Positions 56,106 through 64,000 of a stretch of DNA of 64,000 nucleotides are shown here, piece by piece. The translations under genes and the position numbers were made by a program. Position 1 is the stretch's first letter, and every line of letters starts with the position of its first letter. A model generated the notes under the pieces. The model did no database searches and was not told the origin of the DNA. It saw only the letters and a program-made list of their open reading frames with translations. The stretch is from an uncultured Alphaproteobacteria bacterium (GTDB lineage: Bacteria > Pseudomonadota > Alphaproteobacteria > Rhizobiales > Aestuariivirgaceae): assembly GCA_963698275.1 (NCBI GenBank), contig CAVOQE010000006.1, positions 79,682 through 143,681 on the forward strand. Direction: 5' to 3'.

Positions 56106-58466
56106 ATGGCTGAGCAAATTGGCGAACTCGATATCACAGACGAGTTGATTGCGGAGCGACGCGCAGAAGAACCCGGGCAGACACCGGAAGACATGACGCC
56201 CTGGCAGCGGCCGATCACGGCGTTCATCGATGTCCTAAACATGTGGGCAGGCCGGATTACGTGTTTTCTGCTGATCCCTCTCATCATCGCGATGGTGTTC
56301 GAGGTTGTTTCGCGCAAGCTGTTCGCGGTGTTCACCGACTATGGCTACAACGAACTGGCCATTTCGATCGGGCTTGGCCCGACCCTTTGGGTCTATGATA
56401 CCAGCCGAATGCTGGGTGGTGTGCTGTTCATGGCCGCCGCCGGTTACGCGCTGATGCGCGGGGTGCACATCCGGGCGGATTTCCTGTACCGGAACTGGAC
56501 ACCGAAGACGCAGGCCACGGTCGACGCCGCGCTGTACCTGTTGCTGTACTTTCCAGCCATGCTGTTCTTCTTCTGGAGCGCACTGGACTTCACCCTGGAT
56601 GCTTTTGGCTGGAAAGGCTGGGACAGACCCTGGGGCATCTGGGAACGTGCGAGTGATTCAACCTGGGCACCGATACTTGGCCCGGCCCGTGCGGCGATGC
56701 CGATAGGTGCGTTACTGTTGTTCCTGCAGGGGTTTCCCGAGCTTTTCCGGGCATTCCACCAGATGGGCAAGGAGCGCGAAGCCCAGTTCGTTAGAATCCT
56801 GCCGTTCTATTTTGCCTTGCTGGCCCTGATTTTCGTCAGTGTATTCTATCCAAACGCAGTGCCTTTCGATGACTGGTGGGCTTCCCTGACTTCATCCGCC
56901 GGCATATTCGACTTCTCCAAGCCGACCATCGGATTGTTCATGCTCGCGGCCATGCTGTTTTCAATCTTCGTGGGTTTTCCGATCTCGTTCACGCTGATCT
57001 TCCTGGCCTTCACGTTCGGATCCTGGGGCGCCGGCAGCGCGCTGACCTTCTACCTCATGACGCTGCAGACCAACTCGGTGATGCTGGACGATCAGCTGGT
57101 GGCGGTGCCGCTGTTCATCTTCATGGGCATCATGATGGAACAGGCGGGTCTGATGGAAAGGCTGTTCAAGGCCGTCCAGCTGATGATGTCCCGCACACGC
57201 GGTGCGCTCTATATCGCCGTCCTGTTCGTATCCATGATCTTCGCCGCAGCCACGGGTATTGTGGGTGCATCAGTGACCATCCTGGGCATCATGGCGGCAA
57301 AGACCATGAACAAGTCCGGCTATGATGTCAGGCTTGCTGCAGGCACGATCACTGCCGGTGGTACGCTTGGTATCCTGATCCCGCCGTCGATCATGCTGAT
57401 CGTCATGGGGCCGGTACTGGAAGTGCCGGTGACCGACCTGTTCCGTGCAGCGATTGTACCGGGCATCCTGCTTGCCGTGCTGTACATGGTGTACGCCATT
57501 GGCCGGTGCATGATCAATCCGAACCTGGGGCCCATACTGCCCATAGATGAGCAGCCTGAAACCTCACCTTACTATCTGCTGGAAGTGATCGCGGTCATGG
57601 CCTCGATTGTCGTTCTCACCTATCTGCTGGGTGCCGGCGCGGCCGGTTCTCTCGCCTTCATTCCGCTTGGCGGATTGATCCTTCCGATCCTGTGGCTGGG
57701 CTTCATGTTCTTTGTCTACACCTGGACCCGCAAGACCAAGCCGGGTGGATTCTACTTCTCAGACCTGTGGTACGAGTTCTTCATGGGGCTGGTGCCGCCA
57801 ACGGTTCTGATCGCCTTCGCGCTTGGCTCCATCCTGGCCGGTTGGGCAACGCCTGCCGAAGCAGCCGCATGTGGTGCATTCGGTGCAATTCTGCTGTCAT
57901 TTGTCTATCGCAAGCTGACCGCAGTCGGTTTCTACGACGCCATGATCAAAACACTGGAAATTTCAGTGCTGATCATGTTCCTGGTTGCAGCATCCAACTT
58001 CTTCGGTGCCGTGTTCTCAAATCTGGGCACGCCGAAATTCCTCACCGAAGTACTGCTGTCGATGGACCTGTCCACGGCTGCCATGCTGATCTTCGTCATG
58101 GCGCTGGTGTTCCTTCTCGGCTGGCCTCTGGAATGGGTGCCGATTGTACTGATCATCGTGCCGATCCTGGTGCCGTTGCTTGTGTCGCTCAATGTCAACC
58201 TGACATGGTTTGCAATTCTGGTGGCTGTGAACCTGCAAACTGCCTGGCTATCACCGCCGGTGGCGTTGTCTGCCTACTTCCTGAAGGGCGTTGTGCCTGA
58301 ATGGGATCTGAAGGACATCTACTTCGGCATGATGCAGTTCATGGTCATTCAGGTGATCGGTCTGGCACTGATCTTCATGCTGCCCGGCTTTGCACTATGG
58401 CTGCCGGACTGGCTGTCAACGGCCGGTGCACAACCGTTCCTGAGCTATGTCGGATACGGCGAATAG
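56106..58466 (+). CDS. TRAP transporter fused small-large permease (DctQ-DctM fusion)
   Basis: An N-terminal ~270 aa DctQ-like 4-TM region followed by a 12+ TM DctM-like region in one ORF. ATG 56106 with a GGGAGGAG SD. Confidence 0.8.
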   Translation: MAEQIGELDITDELIAERRAEEPGQTPEDMTPWQRPITAFIDVLNMWAGRITCFLLIPLIIAMVFEVVSRKLFAVFTDYGYNELAISIGLGPTLWVYDTSRMLGGVLFMAAAGYALMRGVHIRADFLYRNWTPKTQATVDAALYLLLYFPAMLFFFWSALDFTLDAFGWKGWDRPWGIWERASDSTWAPILGPARAAMPIGALLLFLQGFPELFRAFHQMGKEREAQFVRILPFYFALLALIFVSVFYPNAVPFDDWWASLTSSAGIFDFSKPTIGLFMLAAMLFSIFVGFPISFTLIFLAFTFGSWGAGSALTFYLMTLQTNSVMLDDQLVAVPLFIFMGIMMEQAGLMERLFKAVQLMMSRTRGALYIAVLFVSMIFAAATGIVGASVTILGIMAAKTMNKSGYDVRLAAGTITAGGTLGILIPPSIMLIVMGPVLEVPVTDLFRAAIVPGILLAVLYMVYAIGRCMINPNLGPILPIDEQPETSPYYLLEVIAVMASIVVLTYLLGAGAAGSLAFIPLGGLILPILWLGFMFFVYTWTRKTKPGGFYFSDLWYEFFMGLVPPTVLIAFALGSILAGWATPAEAAACGAFGAILLSFVYRKLTAVGFYDAMIKTLEISVLIMFLVAASNFFGAVFSNLGTPKFLTEVLLSMDLSTAAMLIFVMALVFLLGWPLEWVPIVLIIVPILVPLLVSLNVNLTWFAILVAVNLQTAWLSPPVALSAYFLKGVVPEWDLKDIYFGMMQFMVIQVIGLALIFMLPGFALWLPDWLSTAGAQPFLSYVGYGE

Positions 58467-58492
58467 CCGGCTTTAACCAGCAACATCAAAAG

Positions 58493-58529
58493 GGCCCGTT
58501 CTCAATCGAGAGCGGGCCCTGCTTCTTTG
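58493..58529. terminator. Bidirectional rho-independent terminator between convergent TRAP and ADH genes
   Basis: 12-bp stem GGGCCCGTTCTC / GAGAGCGGGCCC with a 4-nt loop. It has a T-rich tail on the plus strand, and the upstream A-run (58489-58492) gives a short T-run after the hairpin on the minus strand. Confidence 0.75.
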
Positions 58530-58573
58530 CCTGGAACACAACAGTTTCACAAAATTCAAAGACGGATGCCTGA

Positions 58574-59560
58574 TCAGGCAGGTTGCAGGATGATCTTCGG
58601 CGCTGCGCACTGGCCTGTCGAGATATCATCGAAGGCCTGCGCCCCCATTTTCAGGGGCCGTTTTTCGATCCAGCTCAGCTTGCCCAGTTTACCAGCGAAA
58701 ATGGCGTCCGCAGTCGCCTGGAAATCAGCCATCGTATAGGTGTAGGTACCGATGAACGTAATCTCCTGAAGCGTCATGCGGCGCACGTCCAGCCCGCCCT
58801 CGGCTGCGCCAAGACCAATGTGCATGATCAACCCGCCCGGCTGCACCAGTTTGCTCGCGGAGGCACGGGTTGCTGCAATACCCACCGCATCGATTACCAG
58901 GTCCGGCGCGCCATCATCATTTGCTGCTGCGAGGCATTTGATATCCTCGGTCTCTATGATCCTGTTGCGCCGTGATGAATTGGGCTCCACGATCGTCACT
59001 CGGCTGCCGCCCTGGGCCCTGAATGCAAGTGCTGCGCCCAGCCCTATGGCGCCGCCGCCCAGAACCAGACAGCGCACCTCGGAAAGATCTCCACCCAATG
59101 TGGTTTTTGCCAGCCTGACAGCATGCCAGCCACAGGCCAGCGGTTCGCACAAGGCGGCGCTTTCCAGCGACACGTGGTCGGGAACGTTCACCAGATTGCC
59201 TTCAGGCATGGCCAAAAGCTCGGCAAATGCCCCTTCGCGCGGCGGCATGGAGATGATCTGGCGGCTGGCGCACAGATTGTCCCTGCCCGCGACGCAGGCT
59301 TCACACTTGCCGCATGTCACCAGGGGGTTGACGGTCACCCGCCGCACAGCACCGCCAAATCCGACAATTTCACCGGCTGCCTCGTGGCCAAGCACCAGAG
59401 GCGCGGGCCTGCGCTCATCGTGTCCTGCCCAGGCATGCATGTCCGAGCCGCAGATACCGGATGCCCGCACCCTGATCAGCGCCTCGCCCGCTGCCGGCCT
59501 GGGGTCGTCGACAGTCCTGAATTCCATTGTCTTGTCGCCAGTGTAAACCAGTGCCTTCAT
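58574..59560 (-). CDS. Zinc-dependent medium-chain alcohol/polyol dehydrogenase
   Basis: Motifs CGSDMHAW, GHEAAGEIV, structural Zn Cys cluster CGKCEACVAGRDNLC, and Rossmann GGGAIGLGA. Confidence 0.8.
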   Translation of the reverse strand: MKALVYTGDKTMEFRTVDDPRPAAGEALIRVRASGICGSDMHAWAGHDERRPAPLVLGHEAAGEIVGFGGAVRRVTVNPLVTCGKCEACVAGRDNLCASRQIISMPPREGAFAELLAMPEGNLVNVPDHVSLESAALCEPLACGWHAVRLAKTTLGGDLSEVRCLVLGGGAIGLGAALAFRAQGGSRVTIVEPNSSRRNRIIETEDIKCLAAANDDGAPDLVIDAVGIAATRASASKLVQPGGLIMHIGLGAAEGGLDVRRMTLQEITFIGTYTYTMADFQATADAIFAGKLGKLSWIEKRPLKMGAQAFDDISTGQCAAPKIILQPA

Positions 59561-59709
59561 TTCGCTATATAACCTCCATCAACAGCCAGCACTTTACCAA
59601 TGACACAACAAGCTGCATCAGGACAGAAAAACACCACCGGAGCGAGCATTTCCGGCGCACACGCCTGTGGTGTCAACCGCATCAACTGCACAACCGGCCC
59701 GGGGCAGCT
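59557..59709 (-). pseudogene. C-terminal stump of a short-chain dehydrogenase/reductase (SDR) gene
   Basis: My minus-strand translation is ...MRLTPQACAPEMLAPVVFFCPDAACCVIGKVLAVDGGYIAK-stop, a typical SDR C-terminus. The frame is closed by TGA at 59710-59712, and I found no SDR N-terminal region upstream. Its stop overlaps the ADH start (ATGA). Confidence 0.6.
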
Positions 59710-59828
59710 TCATTTTCACGAACTTTCAGTAAAACCTGATTGCCAGCGGCTGTGTCCACACTTGGCCGCAATTGAGGTCTAACTCATTGTAGATATAGAC
59801 AACTATACCGATAAAGGGTTTCACACTC

Positions 59829-60278
59829 ATGATCCGCAAGTTCTGTTTATCACTGGCCCTGGTGTGCGCCGTGTCTGCGCAGGCTGTTATTGCAACTGTT
59901 GCCCCTGCCAATGCCGGGGGCAATGCCATCATCGAGATGACAATTGGAAAAATCGGTTTTCTGGTTGGTGTTTCGCGAGGTGACGGCAAGATTTTTTACA
60001 ATGGCAGACAGGCTGAACTCGACATAAACGGCTTGCGGGTCGGACTGACCATCGGTGCGTCTTTCGCCAATATGCGCGGAGAAGTCTATAATCTCAACCG
60101 TCTCGAAGACATAGCCGGCACCTACGTTACCGCTCAGGCTTCTGCCGTAGCCATCAGCGGCGGCGGCCAGAACCTGGTGCTGATCAACGAACACAATGTG
60201 CGGCTGGTGTTGTGGGGCGAGCAGCGCGGCCTTGATGCATCCCTGGATGCCGGCGGCATGCTGATCTCATTGAGATAG
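59829..60278 (+). CDS. Small secreted protein (149 aa), possibly DUF1134/DUF992-like periplasmic beta-rich protein
   Basis: Signal peptide MIRKFCLSLALVCAVSAQA. Gly-rich beta-strand pattern with EVYNL and GTYVTAQASAV. The family assignment is from memory and tentative. Confidence 0.6.
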   Translation: MIRKFCLSLALVCAVSAQAVIATVAPANAGGNAIIEMTIGKIGFLVGVSRGDGKIFYNGRQAELDINGLRVGLTIGASFANMRGEVYNLNRLEDIAGTYVTAQASAVAISGGGQNLVLINEHNVRLVLWGEQRGLDASLDAGGMLISLR

Positions 60279-60396
60279 CCAGCGGTTTTTTTGTAAACCA
60301 ACAGCTGTTCCGCCTTTGGCGGGCCGTTGTGTACCCCTGAACGAATATCGGGAAATGCCTCGGTTGTGCAACGTCAAGTGACGGGGACTGCAGTCT

Positions 60397-61128
60397 TCAG
60401 ATCAAACCCATCTTCTTGAGTGAGCCCAGGTCCAGCGACAGCTCGCGGCGTTGAAACTGACCAAACACTTCCGACAGAAAGGATCTCAGGCGCAGCCGCA
60501 GAGACGGCGGCAGCGTGGTGTAGATGCCCTCCTGGAATTCTATGAATGAAAACGGGGGCTCTTCAGCGGCCGCCATTGCCTCTCGATCGAGCAAGGGCAG
60601 GCTGAACACCGCATCGGGCTCGATTTCCTCGTAAACCTCGCGCGCCTGACGCGTTACAAGCGGATTTCCGTTCCAGGCGTTGCGGATCAGATAAAATGTT
60701 TCGGTTGCATAGGCACCTCGAAGATCCCTCGCCGTCATGACCGAGGTTGCTGTGTGGTCAAGCACGTAAGCAATGACCAGTTCAATGTGCGCATCATGGG
60801 CGGCGTTGATAAAGTCAAGATCATCGACCACCGTAAAAAACTCATCCAGCCCATGCGACGGCAGATCAATGATGTAGTCACGATCCGGCTCAGCGAGAAT
60901 CTTGTCGAAGAGCCTTATCTGACCGCTGGTTTTTTCAACACTAATGAGGGTTGAACGATCAGGATAGAACCGGTTGATCCGACCGCGCGGGTCATCGCAA
61001 TCAAACACATGAGGGTTGTGACCGGTCATCAGCAGATGGTCCATCAACAAGCGTGCGATCAGAGTCTTGCCGTTGCGTGCCTCATCGGAACACACGACAA
61101 TTATCCGACTTCCCGCACGTTCGCTCAC
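60397..61128 (-). CDS. TraL/ParA-like P-loop protein with degenerate Walker A
   Basis: Paralog of 61374..62129 (compare FDCDDPRGRINRFYP with FDTENPRGTLHRFYP, and IIDLPSHGL with VVDLKAGNL). The P-loop reads CSDEARNGKTL instead of GADKGGVGKTT. Confidence 0.7.
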   Translation of the reverse strand: MSERAGSRIIVVCSDEARNGKTLIARLLMDHLLMTGHNPHVFDCDDPRGRINRFYPDRSTLISVEKTSGQIRLFDKILAEPDRDYIIDLPSHGLDEFFTVVDDLDFINAAHDAHIELVIAYVLDHTATSVMTARDLRGAYATETFYLIRNAWNGNPLVTRQAREVYEEIEPDAVFSLPLLDREAMAAAEEPPFSFIEFQEGIYTTLPPSLRLRLRSFLSEVFGQFQRRELSLDLGSLKKMGLI

Positions 61129-61292
61129 GTAAATCGTCCTGTTGATACCCCGGAATGACTGGACAGCGGTTCACGTGACGCGAATCAACGCAACCCCTTG
61201 TCAGCCACAAACTCAGTTTAACCCGATTGCGCCACACAGGTCCGGCCCATTCGGCCGGGAAATCACAAATACGCTTGGCCGGGTAAACCTGC

Positions 61293-61320
61293 TGCCCGGC
61301 AGCAGACGAGCTGCCGGGCA
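61293..61320. other. Perfect 11-bp stem-loop between the two TraL/ParA-like genes
   Basis: TGCCCGGCAGC-agacga-GCTGCCGGGCA. Only a weak T-run follows on the minus strand, so it could be a terminator or a processing/binding site. Confidence 0.4.
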
Positions 61321-61373
61321 ACCAGAACCATTCGCAACATGTAGTGTCTAAATACCTACCGGCTTAATGACAA

Positions 61374-62129
61374 TCAGCTCTTGGGTTTTGCGGCTTCACC
61401 GGACCCGCCCGAGGTGAGCATCTGGATCAGGCGAAGCTGATCGAACTCGTCATCGATCTCAGAACACCACTTCTTCACATAGCCACGCAGCACGAACGAA
61501 AAGTCTGCAGATTTGCCCTGGCTGTCCTTGTTGTCGATGAAGTTCTTGTAGGTTACATCAGCAAGATCAACCTGCTCTGCAGCCATTTCATTGAGTTTTG
61601 GAATAACAATTTCCCGGGCTTCATTCACATTGGAGAAATACCGCTTGTAGGTCTTCTCATCCCATTCGAAGAAGTTGGTTTCATTGATGAAATTGCGGGC
61701 AACAGTGTAGTCGAGCCCTTCCACATAAGGTGTTACTTCCTGAAGCTCGTCCAGTGACGCGATCGCCGGACCAACCACGTGGATCAGTCCCATCTCAAAC
61801 ACCCCGTCCCGGGCAGCCTGCAAAACACCAATCTTTTCGAAGGTTTCCAGGGCGTAAGACAGGTTCCCTGCTTTCAGGTCCACAACTGTCACCGGTACTT
61901 TGGCGGTCTCCAGCGTATCAAGCACTTTCATCTGGTCCGCTACATTGTGCAGATCAATGATCTCGGTGATGGCCGGGTAGAACCTGTGCAGTGTTCCGCG
62001 AGGGTTTTCCGTGTCAAATGCACGGGCCAGAACATTGTTGCGGTGGAAGTAGTCCAGCAACGCACGTGAAATTGTTGTCTTGCCTACGCCGCCCTTGTCG
62101 GCCCCAACCATGATGACTACTGGTTTCAT
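61374..62129 (-). CDS. TraL/ParA/MinD-like P-loop ATPase (intact deviant Walker A)
   Basis: MKPVVIMVGADKGGVGKTT is a deviant Walker A with a signature Lys. At about 250 aa the length and layout resemble IncP TraL-type proteins, from my memory of the family. Confidence 0.75.
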   Translation of the reverse strand: MKPVVIMVGADKGGVGKTTISRALLDYFHRNNVLARAFDTENPRGTLHRFYPAITEIIDLHNVADQMKVLDTLETAKVPVTVVDLKAGNLSYALETFEKIGVLQAARDGVFEMGLIHVVGPAIASLDELQEVTPYVEGLDYTVARNFINETNFFEWDEKTYKRYFSNVNEAREIVIPKLNEMAAEQVDLADVTYKNFIDNKDSQGKSADFSFVLRGYVKKWCSEIDDEFDQLRLIQMLTSGGSGEAAKPKS

Positions 62130-62243
62130 CTATCTCTTTCCCTCTATACCTCTAGAACATGCCCCCTGGGTCGGGCCTCGAAAACCGAATACCATGTCTT
62201 GCACGCCGATGCCACTGCTAGTAACGCACCTTGAGAACAGTCA

Positions 62244-62978
62244 TTGACAAAGACGCTTAAGAAACCTCGCCTCACACCAATCACTTACAGCAGCGCTGTC
62301 GGTGCCGTCAAAACCACGGGATGGGCAAATCTCGATTTCTTTACATCCGGCGCCGGCAGTGAAACCGCGGCACGCGTGGATGCACGCGTGGCAGCAGGCG
62401 CTCAGGTCCTGCCGCCTGCCGGCGACATTTTCAAAGCCCTCGAACTCACACAGCCGGATCAGGTAAGAGCTGTTATCTTGGGCCAGGACCCCTATCCAAC
62501 GCCAGGCGACGCGCACGGGCTGGCATTTTCAGTGGCGAATCCGGACCAGCGGATTCCGGCGTCTCTTCGGACGATATTCACCAGCCTTGAGGTGGATCTG
62601 GGGATCACGCGGCCTGCCCATGGCAACCTGACCCAATGGGCGCGCTCCGGCATACTGCTGCTCAATGTGACGCTGAGCGTTGAGGCCGGCAAGGCGAACA
62701 GCCACAAGGACTTCGGCTGGGCAGCATTGGCTGGCGAAGTCATGCAACGGCTGAATGAGCGCGCTACACCGGTCGTATTCATGCTGTGGGGGAAATTTGC
62801 CCAGCACGCCGGTGCCGGTGTTGACAGGTCACGGCACTGTGTCATTGAAACCGCGCACCCCTCACCACTGGCCCATGGCGCCGGTCCGCAACACAGGTTT
62901 GTGACCTCGCGGCCATTTACTCAGGCCCAGGAGTGGCTTTTATTGCGTGGCCTTCCACCAATCGACTGGCGACTGTAG
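62244..62978 (+). CDS. ung: Uracil-DNA glycosylase, family 1
   Basis: Motifs VILGQDPYPTPGDAHGLAFSV, LLLNVTLSV and the C-terminal HPSPL. TTG start is uncertain. Confidence 0.85.
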   Translation: MTKTLKKPRLTPITYSSAVGAVKTTGWANLDFFTSGAGSETAARVDARVAAGAQVLPPAGDIFKALELTQPDQVRAVILGQDPYPTPGDAHGLAFSVANPDQRIPASLRTIFTSLEVDLGITRPAHGNLTQWARSGILLLNVTLSVEAGKANSHKDFGWAALAGEVMQRLNERATPVVFMLWGKFAQHAGAGVDRSRHCVIETAHPSPLAHGAGPQHRFVTSRPFTQAQEWLLLRGLPPIDWRL

Positions 62979-63073
62979 AGTGCACCCAGGTCAAGGCTGT
63001 CCTTCGGTCATGGCTCAAAGTGATAGCGGCGCATCAAGACGTGGTACAGCAGAGATAAAGGCACACCGATCCC

Positions 63074-64000
63074 ATGGCTCTTGCCGAAGAACACAAATAC
63101 GCTCCTTCCTTCAATGGCCCTGAAGGCCAGGAGGACATGCCCTGGCTCTTGACCATGGGACCGGTGACAACGTCGCGCGATGTTAAACTCGCCATGCTGG
63201 CTGACTGGAGCATGCGGGATAATGAATTTGTTTCGCTTGCCCTCAGCGTTACTGAACAGTTGCTTGAGCTTGTCGACGGGACCAGTGAATATGACTGTAT
63301 CCCGCTGCATCTGTCAGGCGATGCGTTGCTGGAGTGCGTGCTGGGCGCATTGGCGCCAACCGGACGCAAGCGCAAGACACTGATTGCGGCCCACGGGCCC
63401 CATGCCGAGCAGGCAACCAGTATACTGACCCACATCAAACGCCCGGTTGAAACCATCGCCGGCTCGGTTCTCAAACCTGTCACCACCAATCGGCTGGCGA
63501 AGGTGCTGGATGCCGATCCCGACATACATACTGTCTATCTGGCAGAAATCGACATTTCCACCGGACTGGCCAATCCGGTTGCCAAGCTCGCGGCCATTGC
63601 CCATGCGGCCGGGCGCAAGGTGATAGTCGATGCCCGCGCGAGCATTGGCGCCATGCCACTCGACCTCGCCGGCGGCACAGTGGATGCCGCGGTGGGTGTG
63701 CCGTGGGCATGTATTGAAAGCGTTCCAGGGTTTTCTTTTGTCATGGTGCGCCGAAGCTTGCTGACAGAAAACCTGTTCCAGTCCCCGTCAGCCGCGCTGG
63801 ACCTGGTTGAGTTGTGGAAAGGCATCCATCGCACCGGCTGGTTTCCCGGTACGCCGCCGGCACATGCCATTGTTGCCTGCGGCGTCGCATTGCGGCGGCT
63901 CTATCTAGAGGGTGGGCCTGAAATGCGGCGCAAGCGCTATCAGGACCATCATCAAAGACTGTTGTCAGGCATGGCAAAACTGGGGTTCTCCCCTACCCTC
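63074..64000 (+). CDS. PhnW-like class-V aminotransferase (2-aminoethylphosphonate:pyruvate aminotransferase family), 3' end cut by window edge, canonical PLP-lysine absent
   Basis: This ORF is not in the supplied track because it runs off the end. My translation from ATG 63074 is open for 309 codons. LLTMGPVTTSRDVKLAMLADW, IVDARASIGAMPLD, SVPGFSFVMV and PPAHAIVACGVAL are collinear with PhnW as I remember it. Confidence 0.7.
   Translation, partial: MALAEEHKYAPSFNGPEGQEDMPWLLTMGPVTTSRDVKLAMLADWSMRDNEFVSLALSVTEQLLELVDGTSEYDCIPLHLSGDALLECVLGALAPTGRKRKTLIAAHGPHAEQATSILTHIKRPVETIAGSVLKPVTTNRLAKVLDADPDIHTVYLAEIDISTGLANPVAKLAAIAHAAGRKVIVDARASIGAMPLDLAGGTVDAAVGVPWACIESVPGFSFVMVRRSLLTENLFQSPSAALDLVELWKGIHRTGWFPGTPPAHAIVACGVALRRLYLEGGPEMRRKRYQDHHQRLLSGMAKLGFSPTL

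Noticed and set aside
59560-62240. Calling the block with the TraL/ParA-like genes a mobile element
   Set aside because: No integrase, transposase, relaxase, tRNA target or flanking direct repeats were found by eye. Only the SDR stump and the AT-richer composition hint at insertion, so I report it as a finding rather than a mobile_element feature.
63008-63870. Minus-strand ORFs 63008..63310, 63034..63525, 63314..63604, 63480..63710 and 63535..63870
   Set aside because: All are antisense to the open plus-strand PhnW-like frame, which shows family motifs along its whole length. The minus-strand products are low-complexity.

Overview
Gene-dense, high-GC bacterial chromosomal segment. Gene content and order suggest a marine alphaproteobacterium, but that is inference only. 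I recognised no rRNA, tRNA, CRISPR, transposase or integrase genes.

The first ~28 kb is a methylated-amine catabolic supercluster:
- a 5'-truncated Amt transporter;
- the canonical N-methylglutamate (NMG) half-pathway mgsABC-gmaS;
- a second, divergent operon encoding a GS-like enzyme plus MgsABC-like subunits and two extra small genes, next to a divergent GntR/FadR regulator;
- a C-N hydrolase;
- tmoXVW-tmm-DUF1194 and a convergent tdm, covering TMAO uptake, TMA oxidation and TMAO demethylation.

mgdABCD and dmmDABC are not in the window.

Downstream of this lie:
- dgoKA;
- a small, more AT-rich sulfotransferase plus three-glycosyltransferase islet;
- a seven-gene overlapping string that joins znuCB-zur to two acyl-CoA dehydrogenases, a crotonase and a nitronate monooxygenase, with tandem Zur boxes facing znuA;
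- a lipid-remodelling pair (alpha/beta hydrolase plus a 1139-aa LplT-PlsC-Aas fusion) beside a TetR gene with three palindromic operators;
- aguAB;
- a GMC oxidoreductase coupled to TerC;
- a TRAP transporter with fused QM permease;
- an alcohol dehydrogenase preceded by an SDR gene stump;
- a pair of TraL/ParA-like P-loop paralogs, one with a ruined Walker A;
- ung;
- a 3'-truncated PhnW-like aminotransferase that lacks the PLP-binding lysine.

The most interesting item is the second GS/Mgs-like module. It has no assignable substrate and shares 11-bp-phased ACCAAT repeats with the neighbouring C-N hydrolase promoter.

All functional calls come from reading motifs in the supplied translations. 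No database search was possible.
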